Shown here: positions 42,910 through 51,102 of the stretch, piece by piece
Layout: each line of letters opens with the position of its first letter
Numbering within the stretch: position 1 is the stretch's first letter
NCBI GenBank assembly: GCA_964411875.1
Contig: CAYPMT010000001.1
Span: 20,824-71,925, forward strand
DNA: 51,102 nt
From: an uncultured Kangiellaceae bacterium
GTDB taxonomy: Bacteria; Pseudomonadota; Gammaproteobacteria; Enterobacterales; Kangiellaceae
Direction of reading: 5' to 3'
Program-made: the position numbers and the translations under genes
Notes under the pieces: model-generated
Seen by the model: only the letters and a program-made list of their open reading frames with translations
Told to the model about the DNA's origin: nothing
The model's database searches: none

Positions 42910-43895
42910 AGCAACCAAACAATCAGTCTGATTCAATGAATATTGGTGATTCATTGATTGCAGCTCGACAAGCTAAAAATTTGTCGGCGCAGGATATTGC
43001 TACGCAACTTAATTTGACAGTAATGCTTGTTGAAAAACTTGAGTCTAATCAATTTAATTTAGATGTTCCTGTCATCTTTGTTCGTGGTTATATTGCTTCT
43101 TATGCTAGAAAAGTTGGGCTAGATACAGAAACGCTATGCCAAGCGTTTGATCAGCAAGTAGAAAGTACACTAGAGCCCATTAAAAAACTTAAGTCAGTTG
43201 CTAACTTCCAACGTTCATCAAAACAAGTTAAACCTAATACTCCTATATTTAAGTTATTGGCTTACTTACTTGTTGTTGTGTTGTTGGCTGTTGCACTATG
43301 GGGGTTATGGCAGCAGTTTTTTGATAAAAAAACTGAGCAATCTAATAATGAAATCTTACTTAATTCAGAAGTTTTAAACCAATCTAATAATCAAAAAAAA
43401 AGTCAGCCTGAAAGTCTTAGCAACACTTTCAGTGAAACCAATGTCCAAACGTCACTAGTGGATAGTGGTGTAGCTCAGGAAAACTCTATACAAGAGCGAT
43501 TTTTACAAGAGGGCGTTTTACAAGAAAACTCAATAATAAAGGTTGAGTCAGTTGAAGAACAAGGTTTGTTTGAAGTAAATAGTTCAGTTGATGAAAACTT
43601 AGAAAGTAATGAAGACTTAGGAAGTAATAACAACCTAGAAAATGATCAATCAGTGGGTCTTGTCGCATTAGACTTCAGCTTTAGTGCTGATTGTTGGGTG
43701 AAAGTTACCGATATTAATGACAAAGTGTTAGCGATTGGTGTAAAGAAAGATGGTAAACAAATATCAATTAGTGGTTTACCACCTTTATCGGTTGTTTTAG
43801 GTGAGCCATCAGCTGTTAACTTAAAGGTTAGAGGTAACGATTTTGATTTATCAAGTTATCCTGCAGGTAGAAGCGCCCGGTTAACGATAGAATAA
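42900..43895 (+). CDS. rodZ: Cell shape protein RodZ
   Basis: HTH with FVRGYIASYA, single TM, DCWV C-terminal domain. Confidence 0.9.
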   Translation: MDVEQPNNQSDSMNIGDSLIAARQAKNLSAQDIATQLNLTVMLVEKLESNQFNLDVPVIFVRGYIASYARKVGLDTETLCQAFDQQVESTLEPIKKLKSVANFQRSSKQVKPNTPIFKLLAYLLVVVLLAVALWGLWQQFFDKKTEQSNNEILLNSEVLNQSNNQKKSQPESLSNTFSETNVQTSLVDSGVAQENSIQERFLQEGVLQENSIIKVESVEEQGLFEVNSSVDENLESNEDLGSNNNLENDQSVGLVALDFSFSADCWVKVTDINDKVLAIGVKKDGKQISISGLPPLSVVLGEPSAVNLKVRGNDFDLSSYPAGRSARLTIE

Positions 43896-43955
43896 GTTTT
43901 GTATTGTGTTTTAGTAAAAATACTCAGTGAAGTGAATTAATAAAAGAAAAGGTTT

Positions 43956-45092
43956 ATGAAAGGCATATCTTGGATTAAACGACGTAAAAGTCGTCAGATT
44001 ATGGTTGGTGATGTTCCGATTGGTGGCGACGCGCCAATAGCGGTACAAAGTATGACAAACACAGATACTTGTAATGTTGCTGCGACAGTCAATCAAATTA
44101 ATCAAATCGTTGCTGCTGGTGCCGATCTGGTACGCGTTTCTATACCAACGATGGATGCTGCAGAAGCTTTTAAGCAAATTAAAATAGAGTCCCCTGTTCC
44201 TCTAATTGCCGACATTCATTTCGATTATAAAATAGCTTTGAAAGTTGCTGATTATGGCGTTGACTGTTTAAGAATTAATCCTGGCAATATTGGAAAAGAA
44301 GATCGCGTAAAAGCGGTGATTGAAAAAGCGCGTGAGAAAAATATTCCTATCAGAGTTGGTGTGAATGCGGGCTCTTTAGAAAAGGATTTGCAAGTAAAGT
44401 ATGGTGAGCCGACTCCAGAGGCTTTGGTTGAATCAGCTTTTAGACATATTGATATTCTTGATCGCCATGACTTTCAAGATTACAAAATCAGCTTAAAAGC
44501 TTCGGATGTTTTTATGACGGTTTCAGCTTATCGTTTGCTAGCAGAACAAATTGAACAGCCCTTGCATTTAGGTATTACTGAGGCGGGAGGTTTGCGTGCT
44601 GGCTCTGTTAAATCAGCTGTTGGTTTAGGTTTGTTGTTAGCAGAAGGAATTGGTGACACGATTCGAGTCTCTTTAGCTGCGGATCCCGTTGAAGAAATAA
44701 AAGTTGGGTTTGATATTTTAAAATCTCTGAGGTTACGTCAAAAAGGCATTAATCTTATTGCTTGTCCTTCCTGTTCAAGACAACAGTTTGATGTGATAAA
44801 AACGGTTAATGAATTAGAAATGCGTTTAGAGGATATTCGTGAGCCACTGGATGTTTCTATTATTGGTTGCTTGGTGAATGGGCCGGGTGAAGCGAAAGAG
44901 TCTGATATAGGCTTAACCGGCGGTGTCAATTCTAGCTTATTGTATCAAGATGGTAGTAAAAGCCATAAAATCGACAACGCGGATTTGGTTGACTCAATCG
45001 AAAAATCAGTCAGAGAAAAGGTTCAATTAAGACAGCAACAAATTGAACAAAAAACCAAAGGGCAATCGGTTATAGCTACTGACGGAAAATAG
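43956..45092 (+). CDS. ispG: HMBPP synthase
   Basis: [28 protein letters not shown]. Confidence 0.98.
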   Translation: MKGISWIKRRKSRQIMVGDVPIGGDAPIAVQSMTNTDTCNVAATVNQINQIVAAGADLVRVSIPTMDAAEAFKQIKIESPVPLIADIHFDYKIALKVADYGVDCLRINPGNIGKEDRVKAVIEKAREKNIPIRVGVNAGSLEKDLQVKYGEPTPEALVESAFRHIDILDRHDFQDYKISLKASDVFMTVSAYRLLAEQIEQPLHLGITEAGGLRAGSVKSAVGLGLLLAEGIGDTIRVSLAADPVEEIKVGFDILKSLRLRQKGINLIACPSCSRQQFDVIKTVNELEMRLEDIREPLDVSIIGCLVNGPGEAKESDIGLTGGVNSSLLYQDGSKSHKIDNADLVDSIEKSVREKVQLRQQQIEQKTKGQSVIATDGK

Positions 45093-45282
45093 TCCAAACC
45101 CTAGCTAAACATTTAAATTTACTCGAAAATAAGCCTCTTTAAGACTGTTTCTTAGCCTTATTTGCGTTATAATCTGGCGCTTAATTTTTATTCTATATCC
45201 ATCGTCTTGCAAGATACTCTATTGTTAGCGAGGCATTGGGTATAGTCGACTAACTTACTGATTATTAATTGGGTACGGCCTT

Positions 45283-46566
45283 TTGAGTAAGACATTTCAA
45301 GCAGTTAAAGGTATGAATGACTATCTGCCGGATATTACGCCTTTGTGGCAATATCTGGAAGGTTGTTTGCGCCAGTTAACCGCAAATTATGGCTATGCTG
45401 AAATTCGTATGCCCGTTTTGGAAAAGACAGAATTGTTTTGTCGCTCCATTGGCGAAGTCACCGATATTGTCGAAAAAGAAATGTATACTTTTGTTGATAA
45501 AGGCGAAGAGAGTTTAACGCTTCGTCCCGAAGGCACAGCCTCTTGTGTGAGAGCCGGCATTCAGCACGGGCTTTTATATAATCAACAACAGCGTCTTTGG
45601 TATATGGGGCCTATGTACCGTCGAGAAAGACCACAAAAGGGTCGCTACCGTCAGTTTTATCAATTCGGTGCAGAAACTTTCGGTATAGCTGGGCCAGATA
45701 TCGATGCTGAATTGATTGCCTTATCGGCGCGTTTATGGCAGATGTTGGGCTTTGGTGACAGTGTTGAATTACAAATTAATTCTTTAGGTAGTTTATCTGC
45801 ACGCGAAGCTTATAAAAAAGTTTTGGTTGATTACTTTTCGGATAATTATGAACAGTTGGATGAAGATAGTAAAAGACGACTAAAAACTAATCCACTAAGA
45901 ATTTTAGATACTAAAAATCCGGATTTAAAAAATTTGATTAGCCAAGCACCCAAATTGATGGATTATCTTGATGCGGAATCTCAACAACACTTTGAACAGC
46001 TTTGCCGTAAGCTTGATGGGCTTAATATTTCTTATGTGGTTAACCCGACTTTAGTGCGAGGCTTAGATTATTACAACCGCACTGTTTTTGAGTGGGTGAC
46101 AACTAGCTTGGGTGCGCAAGGGACTATTTGTGCTGGTGGTCGTTATGATGGTTTAGTTGAGCAACTAGGTGGACAGGCAACCCCCGCTTGTGGTTTTGCT
46201 ATGGGGTTAGAACGAATTATTTTATTATTAGCCCAGCAACCAGAAATTGAGAGTAAACTTTCAGCTGCGATTGATGTCTATCTTTGCATGGTTGGTGAGC
46301 GAGCAGAAGATTTAGGCTCGGCTTTAGCTGAAGAATTAAGAAATCATTTTCCTAGTTGCCGTTTTCAGTTGCATTGTAGTGGTGGCAATCTTAAAAAACA
46401 ATTAAAGAGAGCTGATAAGTCAATGGCTCAGTTAGCGTTAGTTTTAGGTGATGATGAAATTGACAAGCAAAAGGTATTAGTTAAGTTTTTAAGAAAAGAC
46501 AAGCCTCAAATTGAGCTTTCTAAGCAAGAATTAATGGCAGGTTTAGAAGAAATGATTGGTGAGTAG
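45283..46566 (+). CDS. hisS: Histidine--tRNA ligase
   Basis: [35 protein letters not shown] start. Confidence 0.98.
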   Translation: MSKTFQAVKGMNDYLPDITPLWQYLEGCLRQLTANYGYAEIRMPVLEKTELFCRSIGEVTDIVEKEMYTFVDKGEESLTLRPEGTASCVRAGIQHGLLYNQQQRLWYMGPMYRRERPQKGRYRQFYQFGAETFGIAGPDIDAELIALSARLWQMLGFGDSVELQINSLGSLSAREAYKKVLVDYFSDNYEQLDEDSKRRLKTNPLRILDTKNPDLKNLISQAPKLMDYLDAESQQHFEQLCRKLDGLNISYVVNPTLVRGLDYYNRTVFEWVTTSLGAQGTICAGGRYDGLVEQLGGQATPACGFAMGLERIILLLAQQPEIESKLSAAIDVYLCMVGERAEDLGSALAEELRNHFPSCRFQLHCSGGNLKKQLKRADKSMAQLALVLGDDEIDKQKVLVKFLRKDKPQIELSKQELMAGLEEMIGE

Positions 46567-46719
46567 ATAACGTATAAAAAAGTAGATGACTAATTAAATG
46601 AGTTGTTAACTAAGCAGATTATTAGTTGAATAGATTGTAAGTTAATAAATAATTATTAAGTCAATAAATGTTAAGTAAAATTTTTGAATAAATGAACAGT
46701 TAGATTTTAGGAGTGAAAG

Positions 46720-47439
46720 GTGAGTTACGATACTGAAGATCAACAGATAGAAAAAGTAAAAGAATGGTGGAAAGAAAATGGCACTTCGCTGATTGTTGGC
46801 GCGGTGTTAGGTCTTGGCGCTTTTTTTGGTTGGCGTTATTGGCAAGAAAGTAATGTTGCTGAACAAAAAGCCGCTTCCGATCTTTATAATAAAGTGGTTG
46901 AAATGTCTGATGCTAAAGATGAGAAAAAGCTAGCTGAGAATGCGCAAGCTGTGAAAGAAAAATTTTCTGGCTCAACCTATGCCGTTCTGTCCGCATTTCA
47001 ATTAGCTAAATTAGCTGTCGATAAAAATGAACTTGATAAAGCGGCGACTGAATTAAATTGGATTATAACGAATCATAAAGATAATGAATTAACTAGTTTG
47101 GCAAAAATTCGTTTGGCTAGAATTTTTATCGAGCAAGGTAAACCTGCGGATGCTTTAGATTTAGTTAATTTAGATGAAAAGTCTGGATACTATGCGTTAT
47201 CAAATTTAGTCAAAGGTGATGCGTTGTTAGCTTTAGAGCGTAAAGATGAAGCACTTGAGGCTTATAAAATTGCGAGCATAGAAAAAGAGATTACCGGTCG
47301 TCATCCAAGTTTAAGCTTTAAAGTTGAAGCGCTAACTGGAATGCAAAATGATTTGTCAGTAACGCAAGATGAAACGGCCGAAGTATCAGAGTCGGTTGAG
47401 AAAGCTAGTCAAGAAACGCTTTCTGAGGAATCAAACTAA
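46720..47439 (+). CDS. yfgM: YfgM ancillary SecYEG subunit
   Basis: EDQQIEKVKEWWKENG, TM segment, TPR-like; GTG start. Confidence 0.92.
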   Translation: MSYDTEDQQIEKVKEWWKENGTSLIVGAVLGLGAFFGWRYWQESNVAEQKAASDLYNKVVEMSDAKDEKKLAENAQAVKEKFSGSTYAVLSAFQLAKLAVDKNELDKAATELNWIITNHKDNELTSLAKIRLARIFIEQGKPADALDLVNLDEKSGYYALSNLVKGDALLALERKDEALEAYKIASIEKEITGRHPSLSFKVEALTGMQNDLSVTQDETAEVSESVEKASQETLSEESN

Positions 47440-48572
47440 TGCGTTTTTTTTGGGTTAGTATTTTTAGTTGCTTGTTATTAATTAGTTGTGGCAGTGATGA
47501 AGATGCTTTTAAGCCTAACCCTTTAGTTGAGTTAGATAATCAGTTTTCGCTTAAAACCTTATGGTCTACCAGTATTGGTGGTGACACTAAAGATAAGTCG
47601 ATAAAACTATCTCCCGTTTATGCTGATAACAAAATTTTTGTTTGTGATCATTCCGGTCATGTGAGTGCTGTTGATCCAGAAAATGGCAAAATTGTTTGGC
47701 AAGTTGACTTAAAAGTTAATATTGGTGGTGGTCCGGCTGTTGCCAATAATAAACTCGTTGTTGGTACACAAAAGGGTGAAGTGATATTACTAAATGCTGA
47801 TGATGGTAGCTTAATTTGGAAAAGCAAAGCGCCGAGTGAAATTATCGCCAGTCCGGCTATTGGTGAAGGCCATGTGGTTGTTAATAGTGTTGATGGAAAA
47901 ATTACGGCTTTTGATTTAGAAACAGGAAAGGAAAAATGGTTTTATGATCAAAACTTACCTAAATTAACTTTGCGAGGGACATCATCACCAATTATTGCTG
48001 GTGGCGGTGTTTTTTCTGGTTTTTCAAATGGTAAATTAGCAGTTTTTATTTTAGAAAGTGGTCGGCTTGCCTGGGAAAAAACCGTTGCTGTACCTATTGG
48101 CCGTACAGAAATCCAAAAATTAGTTGATGTGGATGTTCGTCCCTTATTAACTGGAAAAAGTTTATATGTGGGTGCTTATAACGGAAACTTAATGCATATT
48201 GATGTCGCTAGTGGTGAGGTATTATGGCAACGAGAGCTATCGACCTTTCAAGAAATTAGTTTATCGGATTTGCTTTTGTTAGTGACACATGAAAACAGTC
48301 ATGTGAGTGCTGTTGATCGCGTTAATGGAATTATTTTATGGACGCAAAAAGAGCTTTATAATCGCTTGCTTAGTCCGCCTGTTTTATTTGATAACAATAT
48401 TGTGATTGCTGATTTTGAAGGTTACTTACATTGGTTGTCTAAAAAAGATGGCACAATGCTAAGTCGACATCACATTCATTCATCGGGTATTTCCGCGATG
48501 CCTTTAGTTATTGACGATAAGTTGATTTTGCAAAGTCACAGTGGTCGACTTTACGCAGTGAAGAAAAAGTAG
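47439..48572 (+). CDS. bamB: Outer membrane assembly lipoprotein BamB
   Basis: LISC lipobox, PQQ-like propeller repeats, LTLRGTSSP. Confidence 0.95.
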   Translation: MRFFWVSIFSCLLLISCGSDEDAFKPNPLVELDNQFSLKTLWSTSIGGDTKDKSIKLSPVYADNKIFVCDHSGHVSAVDPENGKIVWQVDLKVNIGGGPAVANNKLVVGTQKGEVILLNADDGSLIWKSKAPSEIIASPAIGEGHVVVNSVDGKITAFDLETGKEKWFYDQNLPKLTLRGTSSPIIAGGGVFSGFSNGKLAVFILESGRLAWEKTVAVPIGRTEIQKLVDVDVRPLLTGKSLYVGAYNGNLMHIDVASGEVLWQRELSTFQEISLSDLLLLVTHENSHVSAVDRVNGIILWTQKELYNRLLSPPVLFDNNIVIADFEGYLHWLSKKDGTMLSRHHIHSSGISAMPLVIDDKLILQSHSGRLYAVKKK

Positions 48573-48578
48573 TCCCTG

Positions 48579-50036
48579 ATGTTACCAGCTATTGCACTTG
48601 TTGGCCGCCCAAATGTTGGTAAGTCGACGTTATTTAACCGCTTCACTCGAACCCGTGATGCACTCGTTGCTGATCTTCCTGGTCTCACTCGTGACCGTCA
48701 ATATGGTCATGCTACATTACAAGATCACCCTTTCATTATTATTGACACTGGTGGTATTACCGGCGGTGAGTTAGGTGTTGATGGCTTAATGGCCGAGCAA
48801 TCTATGCAGGCGGTTAAAGAGGCTGATATTACGTTATTCTTGGTTGATGCCCGAGCAGGTTTAACCAATGTGGACGAAGAGTTCGCACAACAACTGCGTA
48901 GTGAAAACAAGCGAATTCATTTAGTTGTTAATAAGATTGATGGACTTAATGAAGATCTGGTTCTGAGTGAGTTTTACGAACTCGGTTTTGAATCAGTTTC
49001 GCCTATCGCAGCAGCTCATGGTCGAGGTGTTAATAAACTCATTGAACAAGTTATTTTTCCTAGTGTTGGATTAACTGACCTAGAAGAACCCGCAGATGAT
49101 GAGTCGATCGATTCTGAGTCGTTGCAACAGTTAGCTGAACCAGAGCCTGATCAAGGCGCTAAATTGGCTATTATTGGTCGACCTAATGTTGGTAAATCCA
49201 CACTAGTTAACCGACTACTTGGCGAAGAGCGAGTCGTTGTTTTCGACCTGCCAGGGACGACACGTGATTCCATTTATATTGAAATGGAAAGGCGAGAGAA
49301 AAAGTATACCTTGATTGATACGGCCGGGGTTCGTAAACGTGGACGAGTTCATGAGAAGGTTGAAAAATTTTCGGTACTAAAAACTTTGCAGGCTATCAAT
49401 GATGCTAATGTTGTGATTATGGTGTTTGATGCTCGTGAAGGAATTACCGAGCAAGATTTAAACTTACTTGGGTTTGCGATTGATGCGGGTCGCTCGTTGG
49501 TTTTAGCCGTTAATAAATGGGACAACATGAGTGAAGAAAAACGTAATGAAGTCAAAGAATCAATCACCAGGCGACTACACTTTGCTGACTTTGCTCGGTT
49601 AAAATTTATTTCAGCATTACATGGCAGTAATGTGGGGCATTTATGGAATGCCGTTGATGAAGCTTATGCTAGTGCTCGGGTTGAAATGAGCTCCTCAAGA
49701 TTAACCCGAATTTTAGAAATGCTGGTGACTAAACATCAGCCGCCAGCAAAAGGGCGTTTTAAAATTAAATTACGTTATGCGCATCCGGGCGGACATAACC
49801 CACCAAGAATAGTCGTGCATGGCAATCAAACTAAATCTTTGCCTCAGTCTTATATCCGTTATCTAGAAAAAGGTTTTAGGGATGCTCTTAAAATTGTTGG
49901 TACGCCAATTAAATTTGAATTAAAAGAAAGTAAAAACCCGTTTAAAGATCGTAAGAAAAAAGTCACTAAGGAACTGCTAGAAAAATCACGCCGTAATCGT
50001 AGTCGGATAAAAAAAATTAGCAAAAGAAAGTACTAG
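48579..50036 (+). CDS. der: Ribosome biogenesis GTPase Der
   Basis: Two GRPNVGKS P-loops and a KH-like C-terminus. Confidence 0.98.
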   Translation: MLPAIALVGRPNVGKSTLFNRFTRTRDALVADLPGLTRDRQYGHATLQDHPFIIIDTGGITGGELGVDGLMAEQSMQAVKEADITLFLVDARAGLTNVDEEFAQQLRSENKRIHLVVNKIDGLNEDLVLSEFYELGFESVSPIAAAHGRGVNKLIEQVIFPSVGLTDLEEPADDESIDSESLQQLAEPEPDQGAKLAIIGRPNVGKSTLVNRLLGEERVVVFDLPGTTRDSIYIEMERREKKYTLIDTAGVRKRGRVHEKVEKFSVLKTLQAINDANVVIMVFDAREGITEQDLNLLGFAIDAGRSLVLAVNKWDNMSEEKRNEVKESITRRLHFADFARLKFISALHGSNVGHLWNAVDEAYASARVEMSSSRLTRILEMLVTKHQPPAKGRFKIKLRYAHPGGHNPPRIVVHGNQTKSLPQSYIRYLEKGFRDALKIVGTPIKFELKESKNPFKDRKKKVTKELLEKSRRNRSRIKKISKRKY

Positions 50037-50066
50037 CACTTTCTACTTTTCTTTAATTAACTAAAA

Positions 50067-50726
50067 TCAAACCTGCCAATTAATAATTTCTTTGCCTTGC
50101 TGACCTAAGATGTCGTTAGTTTCTGAAAAATGTTTACAACCAAAAAAACCACGATAAGCAGACAAAGGTGAAGGGTGGGGAGCCTTTAGGACGGTATGTT
50201 TATTGGTATCAATGCTGCTGCCTTTTTTTTGTGCATGAGAGCCCCAGAGTAAAAAAATGATACCATCACCATGGTCACTTAATCCTTGAATAACGTTGTC
50301 AGTAAATGTTTCCCAACCCAGATGTTTGTGTGAATGCGCTTGACCTCTCTCTACTGTTAGAACCGTATTCAGAAGTAACACACCTTGCTCTGCCCAGGGT
50401 TGTAAAAAACCATGTTCAGGAATTTGAAAGCCTGTAATACTATCCGCTAACTCTTTATAAATATTAACCAGTGAGGGTGGCGGTTGAATACCAGGTAAAA
50501 CGGAAAAACAAAGGCCATGGGCTTGATTGGGGCCATGGTAAGGGTCTTGTCCTAAGATAACGACTTTAACTTGATCAAAGGGCGTTATTTTAAAGGCATT
50601 AAAAACTAAATCCTGTGGTGGATAGACCGTTACATCTTGTGAGCGTCGTTCAGTGACATAAGAAAGTGTATCCTTAAAATAGTCTTTAGTTTTTTCTTCA
50701 GCAAGAATATCTGACCAGCTTGTCAT
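50067..50726 (-). CDS. ung: Uracil-DNA glycosylase
   Basis: GQDPYH, GVLLLN, HPSPLS. Confidence 0.98.
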   Translation of the reverse strand: MTSWSDILAEEKTKDYFKDTLSYVTERRSQDVTVYPPQDLVFNAFKITPFDQVKVVILGQDPYHGPNQAHGLCFSVLPGIQPPPSLVNIYKELADSITGFQIPEHGFLQPWAEQGVLLLNTVLTVERGQAHSHKHLGWETFTDNVIQGLSDHGDGIIFLLWGSHAQKKGSSIDTNKHTVLKAPHPSPLSAYRGFFGCKHFSETNDILGQQGKEIINWQV

Positions 50727-50860
50727 AGGATTAAAAAGATCAGTTGATTAAGTTAGCTCAATATTCTAAAGCCATGTTTAATGGCTGTCATTATATTATT
50801 TGGTTGGTAAAGGTTATATTGGCTTTGTTAAAGCCTCGATTATTGTATTTAATCATACTG

Positions 50861-51069
50861 CGTCATCCCGTGCTTGACACGGGAACCAGTAATTTACTCA
50901 TAAAAAATATTGATGCAGATTATATTTGTATGTGCAGCCTTCTGCTGATAAGTATGTTTAACCAAACCAGAAGTACATGCAAAGTACCACTGGGTTTGTT
51001 ACTTATAATGTAAATACAGAAATAATTTTTTTATTTTTTTCTGGATCCCGTGTCAAGCACGGGATGACG
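50861..51069. repeat. Inverted pair of CGTC-type REP-like palindromes (REPIN/MITE-like)
   Basis: CGTCATCCCGTGCTTGACACGGGAACCAG (50861-50889) and CTGGATCCCGTGTCAAGCACGGGATGACG (51041-51069) are 28/29 complementary and flank a 151-bp spacer. Confidence 0.85.
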
Positions 51070-51102
51070 TTGTGTGGATATTTAACGTTTGAACTAACAG
51101 GT

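Noticed and set aside
46600..46700. TAAGT(T/C)AATAAAT quasi-repeats between hisS and yfgM
   Set aside because: Very AT-rich and irregular; no CRISPR-like repeat-spacer periodicity.
50744..51013. 89-aa ORF upstream of ung
   Set aside because: TTG start without a clear RBS, runs through the REP unit, no protein-like motif.

Overview
An AT-rich chromosomal window from a gammaproteobacterium (possibly a marine, Kangiella/Aliikangiella-like lineage; inferred only from gene content and composition). Most of it is core genome: valS-holC-pepA/lptFG, trmJ-iscS, tRNA-Lys(UUU), xerD-dsbC-recJ, pckA, ispB/rplU-rpmA-obgE, rpsT, ybgC-tolQRAB-pal-cpoB-queE-queC, ndk-rlmN-pilW-rodZ-ispG-hisS-yfgM-bamB-der and ung. 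Accessory genes are a TonB-dependent receptor plus beta-propeller phytase pair behind a clear Pho-box promoter, two TlpA-like lipoproteins, a PAS-GGDEF cyclase, an orphan PaaJ/PcaF thiolase and several unknown ORFs. I found no CRISPR array, prophage, integron or transposase. The best leads are: (1) two TlpA-type lipoproteins sharing an unusual second CxxC; (2) an ORF that stays open through an in-frame UGA followed by a GGGU-loop hairpin; (3) swapped junctions (iscS|tRNA-Lys and queC|ndk) relative to the Pseudomonas order, with a stand-alone IscS that lacks its C-terminal tail; (4) a Pho box embedded in the hairpin downstream of valS; (5) two kinds of REP-like palindromes; (6) candidate structured leaders upstream of hisS and paaJ. 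All product calls come from motif recognition; no searches were run.
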